Assembly: GCA_026395175.1 (NCBI GenBank)
Contig: JAPLZF010000010.1
Span: 4,450-68,449 of the forward strand
Length of the DNA stretch: 64,000 nucleotides
Direction: 5' to 3'
Origin: Candidatus Staskawiczbacteria bacterium
GTDB lineage: Bacteria; Patescibacteriota; Minisyncoccia; Minisyncoccales; Staskawiczbacteraceae
Part shown: piece by piece, positions 52,825 through 60,596 of the stretch
How the letters are laid out: each line of letters starts with the position of its first letter
Numbering within the stretch: position 1 is the first letter of the stretch
Program-made: the position numbers and the translations under genes
The notes under the pieces: generated by a model
Database searches by the model: none
What the model saw: only the letters and a program-made list of their open reading frames with translations
What the model was told of the DNA's origin: nothing

Positions 52825-53142
52825 ATGCCAGAACAGAAAGAAGAAGAACAAAAAAAAGAAGGGGACGGCAATAGCGGTAATTTAGCTTCTCCTGAAGGAA
52901 TTTTGATGCTTTGTGTAGCTGGGATTATAGACGCTATCAGTTTGATTCCGGTAATTAATATTATTTCAGACATTTTGGGAATTATCATTATTGGAGGATG
53001 GCTATTAATAACCCGCCCTGGCGAGGCTGTTAAAAAAGCTGTTAAAAGATTTCTTATTGCTTGTGGAATAGAATTAATTCCCATTGTGAGCATTGCCCCA
53101 TCTTGGACTTGGTTTGTTTACAAAACATTAAAAGACAATTAA
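52825..53142 (+). CDS. Small membrane protein, first gene of the T4SS-like locus
   Basis: 105 aa; acidic N-terminus then 2-3 hydrophobic helices (GILMLCVAGIIDAISLIPVINIISDILGIIIIGGWLLI). Confidence 0.6.
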   Translation: MPEQKEEEQKKEGDGNSGNLASPEGILMLCVAGIIDAISLIPVINIISDILGIIIIGGWLLITRPGEAVKKAVKRFLIACGIELIPIVSIAPSWTWFVYKTLKDN

Positions 53143-53157
53143 AAAAATATTTTTATT

Positions 53158-55053
53158 ATGAATTTTTTCTTAAAAATTTTGCGACATAAAAAAATAATAT
53201 TTTTTATTGTTTTTTTTATTGTTATTTCGGCAATTATTTTACCTCATCTCGCATCAGCACAAGGAATGTCAGGAGAAATAGATGATATGACCATGAATGC
53301 AGGCGATGTGAATATCGGCGATATTGTTGGACCAGCCGCAAGAGCGATAAGCAATGTTGCTATAGCGCCACTTTTAACCGCCATTGTTTGGGGGATTACA
53401 CTTACTTCAATTTCAGTTTTTGGCACTCTTTCTAATCTTGCTGGTGGATTATTACTTTATATAATATCTTTGAATGCAGACCCAACATGGGCATTCACCA
53501 AGTTCACTAATCCTGTAATAGCTATTGGCTGGACTCAAGTAAGAGATTTAGCTAATATGGTTGTCGTATTAGGTTTTGTCATTATAGGAATAGCGACTGC
53601 TTTAAGGATTAAAACATATCAGGCAAACCAACTTTTAGCCAAACTAATAATTGCAGCTCTTTTAATAAATTTTTCTTTATTAATTTGTGGAATATTTATT
53701 GACGGCTCTAATATATTAACGACTCATTTTCTGCAAAGTGGGGGATTTTTAGAAAAATCTGTATCACAGAGTATAACAGATCAGGTGACTGCTCTTTATA
53801 ACAATACTCACTTATTTGATATATCTGCGATTCCTGATTTAATCGGAGCGGCCATATCAATTATTTTTTTTGACGTTATAACATTGATTACGTTTTTTCT
53901 TTTCTTTTTCCTATTTTTAGCCAGGTATGTATTTTTGTGGATATTGGTTGTTCTTTCACCATTGGCTTTTGTTTGTTATGTATTTCCATTTACAAAAAAG
54001 TTTTTTGATATGTGGTGGAATAATTTTTTCCAATGGTGCATTATTGGAGTAGCTGGTTCCTTTTTTCTTTTTCTTGCGGACAAATTAACTGTAGGAATAA
54101 CCAGCACAACAACAAATGTAGCCGCCCAAACTACAGGCACCAGCATGTTTTCTTATCTTGTGCCTTCTGTATTTTTGCTTGGCGGGCTTTTATTCTCCAT
54201 GCAATCAGGCGCAATTGGAGCCAGTATGGCAGTATCAGCATTCAAAAAAACTGGAAAAGTAGGAGGAGGAATATTACAAAATTCTAGAGTAGGACAAGCA
54301 ACTGGCAACCTTGGAAACAGACTTAAGTCGGGTTCTTTGCAAGCATTGGAATCTATGGGGCTTGCCGCTCGAGGTACAACTTCAAACTCAAATACAGCGG
54401 CAGTAGCAAAACGTCAAAAATATACAGCAAATATGACAGACAATGAGGTGTTGGCAGATATGAGAAAAAGCGGGGTAATTGGAGTCGCCGCATTCAACGA
54501 AGCTCAAAAAAGAAAAATTGTCAATCAATATGCTGGCGGAGATGTAAACCAAATTGCTACACGGGCTGCCCGTGCTAGATCATGGGGAATAAACACTACT
54601 GATGCTGAAAAACAAGTGACTGAGTTATCAGGGCACAATGATAATTCTGTCAGAAATGTTATAAGAGACCAAGTTACTGGCACAGTAAACATAAATCCTA
54701 CTACTGGAGTTGCGTGGACACAACCAGAAGCTCAAAGAGAAGCTGTTAGAAGAAGAAATGCTGGACTATCTGTTCCTAATTTGAGAGATATGCATCATAG
54801 TCAAATAAATGAAAATGTTGCTGAGGATGTAGATAATAGAACATTTGATAGAGCTGCTTTGGAATTTAATAAAGAACAAATGGATAGATACAGAGGACTG
54901 GTTGCTCCAGGCGGCGCTTTAATTACAAGACAAACAGCCCTAAGGGCACAATATGCTGCTGAAAGGGCGGCTGGGCATAATGCTCAAGCCGATCACTTAC
55001 TTGCACAACTAAATAATTTGTCCGCAAACATAGGATCAATTGCAGCTTGGTAA
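53158..55053 (+). CDS. Polytopic membrane protein, VirB6/TrbL-like by architecture and context
   Basis: 631 aa; signal-like N-terminus, at least 6 TM helices over ~330 aa, hydrophilic C-terminal ~230 aa. The assignment is contextual, not motif-proven. Confidence 0.55.
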   Translation: MNFFLKILRHKKIIFFIVFFIVISAIILPHLASAQGMSGEIDDMTMNAGDVNIGDIVGPAARAISNVAIAPLLTAIVWGITLTSISVFGTLSNLAGGLLLYIISLNADPTWAFTKFTNPVIAIGWTQVRDLANMVVVLGFVIIGIATALRIKTYQANQLLAKLIIAALLINFSLLICGIFIDGSNILTTHFLQSGGFLEKSVSQSITDQVTALYNNTHLFDISAIPDLIGAAISIIFFDVITLITFFLFFFLFLARYVFLWILVVLSPLAFVCYVFPFTKKFFDMWWNNFFQWCIIGVAGSFFLFLADKLTVGITSTTTNVAAQTTGTSMFSYLVPSVFLLGGLLFSMQSGAIGASMAVSAFKKTGKVGGGILQNSRVGQATGNLGNRLKSGSLQALESMGLAARGTTSNSNTAAVAKRQKYTANMTDNEVLADMRKSGVIGVAAFNEAQKRKIVNQYAGGDVNQIATRAARARSWGINTTDAEKQVTELSGHNDNSVRNVIRDQVTGTVNINPTTGVAWTQPEAQREAVRRRNAGLSVPNLRDMHHSQINENVAEDVDNRTFDRAALEFNKEQMDRYRGLVAPGGALITRQTALRAQYAAERAAGHNAQADHLLAQLNNLSANIGSIAAW

Positions 55054-55078
55054 AATAACTTAAAAAATATAATATAAT

Positions 55079-55588
55079 ATGGCAATAAATCAAAATCAAA
55101 AAATATGGTTTTCTGGAGAAAAAAGCCCGTATATTATTATCTCAGAAATATTAGAAAAAAATAATTTGAAAGAAACACTAAATGATATGGTTGATAAAAT
55201 AGGGCAAGGACAAGTTTCTAGAATAATAATTTTATACAAGCTATCAAGAGATATTGCAGGAGAAAAAATTTATGAAAAAGATTTTATATTGGCAATTCAA
55301 GATCAATTGAAAACCACCACTAAAATAGCGCAGGACATAAATAAAGACATCAAAGAAAAACTTTTACCGCTGGCTCAAAAAATTAATATTGTCGAGCAAA
55401 AATCAGAAGAAAAAGTAATTACAATGCCTGCACCAATACAAACAGAAAAAATACCGACGAAAGAAACAGGTTATGAAACAAATCAAAAACCAATAAAATT
55501 AACAAAGACTATTACTAAAATTCCTGAAATAAAAGAAGTCAAAAATACTACCAAAAAGTCTGACAGCTATAGAGAAACAATTGAATAA
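55079..55588 (+). CDS. Hypothetical protein of the T4SS-like locus
   Basis: 169-aa ORF with a Lys/Glu/Thr-rich C-terminal half. Confidence 0.55.
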   Translation: MAINQNQKIWFSGEKSPYIIISEILEKNNLKETLNDMVDKIGQGQVSRIIILYKLSRDIAGEKIYEKDFILAIQDQLKTTTKIAQDINKDIKEKLLPLAQKINIVEQKSEEKVITMPAPIQTEKIPTKETGYETNQKPIKLTKTITKIPEIKEVKNTTKKSDSYRETIE

Positions 55589-55602
55589 AATTATAAATAA
55601 AG

Positions 55603-55634
55603 AGGCGGCTCTGACAGAAATGTCGGAGTCGCCT
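55603..55634. terminator. Bidirectional long-stem terminator between 55079 gene and cassette C
   Basis: AGGCGGCTCTGACA-GAAA-TGTCGGAGTCGCCT (two G-U pairs), with T-rich sequence on both sides. Confidence 0.75.
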
Positions 55635-55671
55635 TTGTTTGCTCTTGGGGCGAGCAGCCCATACTACACTA

Positions 55672-56922
55672 TTATCTCCTTCTTGTTTTTCTTTTGTCCT
55701 TTCTTTCCGCCCAAGCCCGTAATTGAGCTGGATTCATCTTGCTGAGGTCCGGATGATCGTCATCCTCATCATCGACGAGTTCATCCGAATCATCGTTAGA
55801 ATTTCTTCCGCCACCGCGAGGGTTGCCTTGACGGCCGGGATTGCCAACACCACGCTGACCGCCACCGGAATCTTTTACGGCGAAGGCCGCAGCGACTCCA
55901 CCGATTAGCTCGGCAATACTCCCTTGGGCGAATGGAGTTCCATCTACCGAACCTATGCGAATGTCGCGCAAATCGCCAGAAGCACCAGCACGGTCGCGTT
56001 TGACCTGATCCCATGCTCTGTCAAAGTCATCCTTGAATCCGCCTTCGGAATTCGGAATACCCCTTAACTTGGGATTTGCATCAAGCTTCTCTTTCAATTC
56101 GTCTTCGGTGATATGAGCGAGCCGAGCGACAGATTTTAGAATTCTGCCAGCCGTCTCTTCCATGTCCTTGTCGGCAGTCTGCTGAGCGCTCCACTTCGCA
56201 AGGGTTGCCTCACGATAGCCCTCAGGTGGGTCAATATTGACCGTCTCCAGGGCAAGCAGTTCAATTCCATACTGATTCTTCAATATAGAAATAATGCTCG
56301 GCTCACCGCCAGGTCCATCATGGGCCAGCATTGCGAAGACATCCCTGTCTAACTGAGTACCGGGATCGTTGATGATTTTGTCGTACTCGTGCTCTGAGAT
56401 GTACTGCCTTACCCTCGGAAGAACACGGGTGACAAGAGCATCAAACCAATCTCTAACTAGAAACAAGGCTTTGTACGGGTTGATGATCATTGCCGTCATC
56501 GTCATTATCCCGTGTAGAGGAAGTTTTTTCATATCCTCTGCGTTAGAAAACTCCAGCCCATACTGATACTGCGTGCCGGCAAGGATGAAATCCGTATTCT
56601 CATCTTGACGGCGCTCAAATTTCCCGTCGGGAAGAGCTTTAGTGTAGCGCATAGTGCGAGAGTAAATCCTATCAATGCCCAGGGGCCTTAACAAGCTAAC
56701 CCAACGCAATCCGCCTAAAAGAGCAGGACTACTTGAGCCTCCCTCGACCACATCTCCATCAGAGCTCAGTCTAAAACCCCTCTTAGCCAATATGGTCTTG
56801 CGATATCCACCGAAGCGGACCACGTTTTTGGCCGTACCTTCTTTTACGAAAGTGAAGCAAAATAACGTGTAGACAACTGCAATCAATAAACCGACAATCA
56901 AAACACCAAGTGCATACAACAT
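55672..56922 (-). CDS. SPFH/band-7-like membrane protein with Gly/Arg-rich and acidic tail (GC-rich cassette C, 416 aa)
   Basis: ATG at 56922 (MLYALGVLIVGLLIAVVYTLFCF) with AAGGAG 8 nt upstream; the track ORF is 79 codons longer and runs through the promoter. VKEGTAKNVVRFGGY...GLRWVSLLRPLGIDRIY...YGIELLALETVNIDPPEGY resembles SPFH. GC is 48-63% on sampled lines. Confidence 0.6.
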   Translation of the reverse strand: MLYALGVLIVGLLIAVVYTLFCFTFVKEGTAKNVVRFGGYRKTILAKRGFRLSSDGDVVEGGSSSPALLGGLRWVSLLRPLGIDRIYSRTMRYTKALPDGKFERRQDENTDFILAGTQYQYGLEFSNAEDMKKLPLHGIMTMTAMIINPYKALFLVRDWFDALVTRVLPRVRQYISEHEYDKIINDPGTQLDRDVFAMLAHDGPGGEPSIISILKNQYGIELLALETVNIDPPEGYREATLAKWSAQQTADKDMEETAGRILKSVARLAHITEDELKEKLDANPKLRGIPNSEGGFKDDFDRAWDQVKRDRAGASGDLRDIRIGSVDGTPFAQGSIAELIGGVAAAFAVKDSGGGQRGVGNPGRQGNPRGGGRNSNDDSDELVDDEDDDHPDLSKMNPAQLRAWAERKDKRKTRRR

Positions 56923-57010
56923 AGTCTTTCTCCTTTTCCATATGACCCCGCTAAGCGGGGGATTCAAAGTTCTGTTTTTCAGCCAGGAAACATATCCAAG
57001 CCTATATTTA

Positions 57011-57061
57011 ATTATAGCATAATACAGGTTTCCTGTCAAGACTTTCGGCTCCTGTGGATAT
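57011..57061 (-). promoter_or_regulatory. Promoter of cassette C with ATATCCACAG box
   Basis: rc ATATCCACAG-GAGCCGAAAGTC-TTGACA-17 nt-TATAAT; -35 57034-57039, -10 57011-57016, box 57052-57061; the ~85-nt leader contains the hairpin CCCCGC-TTA-GCGGGG. Confidence 0.65.
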
Positions 57062-57071
57062 TTATATTGGG

Positions 57072-57096
57072 TTGCATTTTCTGAATGTGGTATAAT
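57072..57096 (+). promoter_or_regulatory. Promoter of the second T4SS-like operon (divergent from cassette C)
   Basis: TTGCAT-13 nt-TATAAT with an extended TGTGG-TATAAT; 19 nt before the ATG at 57116; its -35 lies 10 nt from the CCACAG box. Confidence 0.5.
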
Positions 57097-57115
57097 ACAA
57101 AAATAGAATTTTAAA

Positions 57116-57523
57116 ATGGAGCAATATCCTATACCGCAATTTATTGAAGCAGAAGGCAAAATTGCTTTCTTTATATCATTCAGACAATTTTTTTATCTGG
57201 TGGGAGCCGGCGTGGTTTGCTTTTTTCTTTATTGGATTCTGCCGACTATTCTTTTTTATATGTTTAGCATTGTAATTTTTGTTGGAACCGCAATACTTGC
57301 TTTTGCAACGGTGAATGGCATGCCCATAATAAATATAATTTTGTCATCAATCGGGTTTTCAATGGGAGGGAAAAATTATACCTGGAAGAAAAAAGAATCT
57401 CCTTATCCCTTCAAACCCATAAAAAGAACACAAATTAAAAAAATTGACCAAGGCCCTGTTTTGCAAGCCCAAACAAGCCAGCTGAAAAAAACAAAAACAG
57501 CAATAGAATTGCGGACGAAGTAG
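57116..57523 (+). CDS. PrgI-like (VirB3-like) small membrane protein
   Basis: 135 aa; MEQYPIPQFIEAEGKIAFFISFRQFFYLVGAGVVCFFLY fits the PrgI-family N-terminal pattern followed by two TM helices. Confidence 0.6.
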   Translation: MEQYPIPQFIEAEGKIAFFISFRQFFYLVGAGVVCFFLYWILPTILFYMFSIVIFVGTAILAFATVNGMPIINIILSSIGFSMGGKNYTWKKKESPYPFKPIKRTQIKKIDQGPVLQAQTSQLKKTKTAIELRTK

Positions 57524-57576
57524 CTTACAATTTTAAATTACAAATTTTAAATTTTAAATCAAATTTAAATGATTAA

Positions 57577-57960
57577 ATGAATGAAAATAAAACAAACCAA
57601 AAATATGATTTGGAAGAGAGAACAGCAAAATTTGGAGAAGATATGGTTGATTTTGTAAAAACAATTGAAAAGAGCGAAATTAACCGGCCACTTATAAATC
57701 AAATTATAAGGTCTGCCACTAGTATCGGAGCGAATTATATGGAAGCTAATGGAGCAGGATCGAAGAAAGATTTCCGAAACAAAATATGTATTTGTAAAAA
57801 AGAGGCGCGAGAAACAAAATATTGGTTAAGAATAATTTCTAAAGCTAATTCAGAAAAATTAGACAATTGCAGATTGTTATGGCAAGAGGCTCACGAATTG
57901 ACACTTATCTTTTCTAAAATAATAATTTCATCGACAAATCAAAACCCTGAGAAAATTTAA
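57577..57960 (+). CDS. Four-helix-bundle protein (23S rRNA intervening-sequence protein family)
   Basis: 127 aa; YDLEERTAKFGEDMVDF...IIRSATSIGANYMEANGAGSKKDF..K..IC.KEARETKYWLRII is the family signature. Confidence 0.85.
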   Translation: MNENKTNQKYDLEERTAKFGEDMVDFVKTIEKSEINRPLINQIIRSATSIGANYMEANGAGSKKDFRNKICICKKEARETKYWLRIISKANSEKLDNCRLLWQEAHELTLIFSKIIISSTNQNPEKI

Positions 57961-58021
57961 ACATTTTAGAATTGTCATAATTGAATTAAAATTTATAATT
58001 TAAAATTTAAAATTAGCATAT

Positions 58022-58681
58022 ATGCCAGAGTCAGCAACGCAAGCATTTTTAGAAGTGCAAGATATAAGGGAAGGAGTTTTGCTTTTGAAAAATAACGGCA
58101 TAAGGGGAGTTTTGATGGCTTCTTCCATAAATTTTGCGCTAAAATCTGAAGAAGAGCAGACAGCCATAATTTACGCTTTTCAGAATTTTTTGAATTCTCT
58201 GGATTTTTTCTGCCAGATTGTTGTCCAATCAAGAAACATAAACATTACTCCTTATTTGGACAGCCTGAAAGATTTGGAAGAAAAACAAACCAACCAATTA
58301 TTGAAAGAGCAGACGGCGTCATACAGGGAATTTATAAAAAATATGGTGGTGGGCGACGTGGTTATGACGAAAAATTTTTATGTTGTCGTGCCTTACAACC
58401 TAATGGAAATTTTTGGAACAAAAGCCGTGGGAAAAAACTTCTTGAACCAATTTTCCGGAAATCAAACGCAAAACCAGCCAATGAAAGACGACGAGTTCCA
58501 AAGATGCAAAACACAGCTTTGGCAAAGAATGGAATATTTATCAATGGGTTTGCGAAGGTGCGGAATAGAAGCTATGCCTTTGACAACTCCCGAGCTTATT
58601 GAACTTTTTTGGTCTATACACCATCCCGACCAAGCGGAAATTGGGTATTACCCGGAAATTTTACCCGAACTTTTAAAGTAA
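58022..58681 (+). CDS. VirB4-type ATPase, detached N-terminal domain (tentative)
   Basis: 219 aa; FLEVQDIREGVLLLKNNGIRGVLMASSINFALKSEEEQTAIIYAFQNFLNSLDFFCQIVVQS resembles the first ~200 aa of Gram-positive VirB4/TraE-type ATPases. 219+602 aa is about the usual full length. Confidence 0.5.
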   Translation: MPESATQAFLEVQDIREGVLLLKNNGIRGVLMASSINFALKSEEEQTAIIYAFQNFLNSLDFFCQIVVQSRNINITPYLDSLKDLEEKQTNQLLKEQTASYREFIKNMVVGDVVMTKNFYVVVPYNLMEIFGTKAVGKNFLNQFSGNQTQNQPMKDDEFQRCKTQLWQRMEYLSMGLRRCGIEAMPLTTPELIELFWSIHHPDQAEIGYYPEILPELLK

Positions 58682-58699
58682 CTACGAAATTACTAATCA

Positions 58700-58752
58700 T
58701 TACGAATATACTAATACGTATTCGTAAATTAGTAAAAATTCGTAAATTAGTA
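58700..58752 (+). repeat. Inverted + direct repeats in the spacer between the two VirB4-like ORFs
   Basis: IR TTACGAATA-10 nt-TATTCGTAA (58700-58727); 14-bp direct repeat TTCGTAAATTAGTA at 58721-58734 and 58739-58752; the ATG follows 5 nt later. Confidence 0.85.
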
Positions 58753-58757
58753 GTTTT

Positions 58758-60566
58758 ATGGATTTTTTAAATAATCTTTTAGGCAAGAAAAAAGAAGACC
58801 TGACAGAAAAAATTTTTGAGGAGGAGGCTTTTGATGTGCGCGACATTATTGCTCCGCCATACATTGGAGTGACGCAGGACCACATAAAACTTGGAGAAAG
58901 GTTTGCCAAATCCTTCTTTGTTTTTTCTTATCCAAGATATTTAAACACCGGCTGGTTTTCGCCTGTCATAAATTTGAATACTCCAATGGACATTGCTTTT
59001 TTCGTGCATCCTGTGGGAAGCGAATTGATTTTGAAAAAATTAAGAAAAAAAATTACAGAAGTTTCTTCAGAAATTTTGGAAAGGGAAGAAAAAGGACTGA
59101 TTCGCGACCCTGCTCTTGAAACAGCTTATAAAGATATTGAAAGCTTAAGAGACAACTTAATGACCGCCCAAGAAAAAATGTTTCGCCTGGGGCTTTACAT
59201 AACAATTTATGAAACTTCTGAAAAAGAACTGCGCGACACCGAGCTTACGCTAAGGTCAATTTTTGAGTCGCGGTTAATTTACATAAAACCTGCCTTGTTC
59301 AAGCAAAAAGAAGGATTTATTTCCTGCAATCCTTACGGAATGGATTTGATAAATGTCCACACTCCAATGGACACAGCTCCCTTGTCAACTTGTTTTCCTT
59401 TTATTTCGTTTGACCTAAGCTCAAACGAAGGAATTTTATACGGCGTCAACCGACACAACAATTCTTTGGTTTTGTTTGACAGGTTTAGCTTGGAAAACGC
59501 CAATATGGTGGTTTTTGCAAAAGCTGGAGCAGGAAAATCTTACGCCATAAAATTGGAAATTTTAAGATACTTGATGCAGGGAGTTGATTGCATAATTGTG
59601 GACCCGGAAAACGAATACCAAGCTTTGTCAGACGCAGTCGGCGGAGCATTTTTAAAAATTTCTTTGACGAGCCAAAACCATTTGAATCCTTTTGACTTGC
59701 CTTTGCCAGGACCCGATGACAACCCCGAAGATATTTTGCGGTCAAATGTCATAAACTTAGTGGGGCTTTTACGCATTATGCTGGGAGGATTAAGCGCAGA
59801 AGAAGACAGCATTTTAGACGAAGCTCTCACTCAAACTTATGCTGTGCGAGACATTACTCCGCAGTCTGACCCCAAAACATGGCAAAATAATACTCCTTTA
59901 ATGTCAGACTTTCAGGAAATTTTAGAGAGTATGACGGGAACCGAATCTTTGGTTAAAAGAATTGGAAAATTCACCAAAGGAACTTTTGCCGATTTTTTCA
60001 ACCAGCAGTCGAATATTTCCATAGACAAAAGCTTTGTTGTTTTTGGAATAAGAGACATGGAAGATTCATTAAGGCCAATCGCGCTTTACATTATTATGAG
60101 ATATATCTGGAATATTGTCAGGTCAAAATTGAAAAAAAGAATTTTGGTTATTGACGAGGCGTGGTGGCTGATGCAGTCAGACGACGGAGCTTCATTCCTT
60201 TTTGGTTTGGCGAAAAGAGGCAGAAAATATTATTTGGGGCTTACAACAATTACGCAAAATGTGGCTGACTTTATGAGTTCTGAATATGGAAAGGCAATTA
60301 TTACAAACTCGTCTTTGCAATTTTTAATGAAGCAATCTACTGCCGAAATTGAAACCATACAAAAAACTTTCAATTTAACCGAGCAGGAAAAATATCTGCT
60401 GATTGAAGCGTCGGTTGGCGAAGGATTGTTTTTTGCCGGCAGAAAGCACGTTTATCTTTCGGTTGTTGCCAGCCAGACAGAAAACCAAATAATTACAACT
60501 AATCCGCAGGAAGTTCTGCAAAATAGGGAAGCGGCAAAGAAAAAAATAGAGTCTGCCCAAAACTGA
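58758..60566 (+). CDS. VirB4/TraE-like type IV secretion ATPase (ATPase portion)
   Basis: 602 aa; YPRYLNTGWFSPVINL (typical of the VirB4 middle region), Walker A AKAGAGKSY, Walker B RILVIDEAWWLM, TTITQNVADF. Confidence 0.88.
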   Translation: MDFLNNLLGKKKEDLTEKIFEEEAFDVRDIIAPPYIGVTQDHIKLGERFAKSFFVFSYPRYLNTGWFSPVINLNTPMDIAFFVHPVGSELILKKLRKKITEVSSEILEREEKGLIRDPALETAYKDIESLRDNLMTAQEKMFRLGLYITIYETSEKELRDTELTLRSIFESRLIYIKPALFKQKEGFISCNPYGMDLINVHTPMDTAPLSTCFPFISFDLSSNEGILYGVNRHNNSLVLFDRFSLENANMVVFAKAGAGKSYAIKLEILRYLMQGVDCIIVDPENEYQALSDAVGGAFLKISLTSQNHLNPFDLPLPGPDDNPEDILRSNVINLVGLLRIMLGGLSAEEDSILDEALTQTYAVRDITPQSDPKTWQNNTPLMSDFQEILESMTGTESLVKRIGKFTKGTFADFFNQQSNISIDKSFVVFGIRDMEDSLRPIALYIIMRYIWNIVRSKLKKRILVIDEAWWLMQSDDGASFLFGLAKRGRKYYLGLTTITQNVADFMSSEYGKAIITNSSLQFLMKQSTAEIETIQKTFNLTEQEKYLLIEASVGEGLFFAGRKHVYLSVVASQTENQIITTNPQEVLQNREAAKKKIESAQN

Positions 60567-60596
60567 TATTTCTTGAATACAAAATTTTAAAGAAAG

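Noticed and set aside
55672-57159. Long N-terminal extensions of track ORFs: 55672-57159, 9906-11147, 52303-52773, 32162-32641, 17181-18365, 8375-9049 and 552-1856.
   Set aside because: The extensions run through predicted promoters or upstream genes and lack SD sites. Internal starts with GGAG-type SD sequences and sensible N-termini (TM helix or signal peptide) were preferred. Start calls remain unverified.
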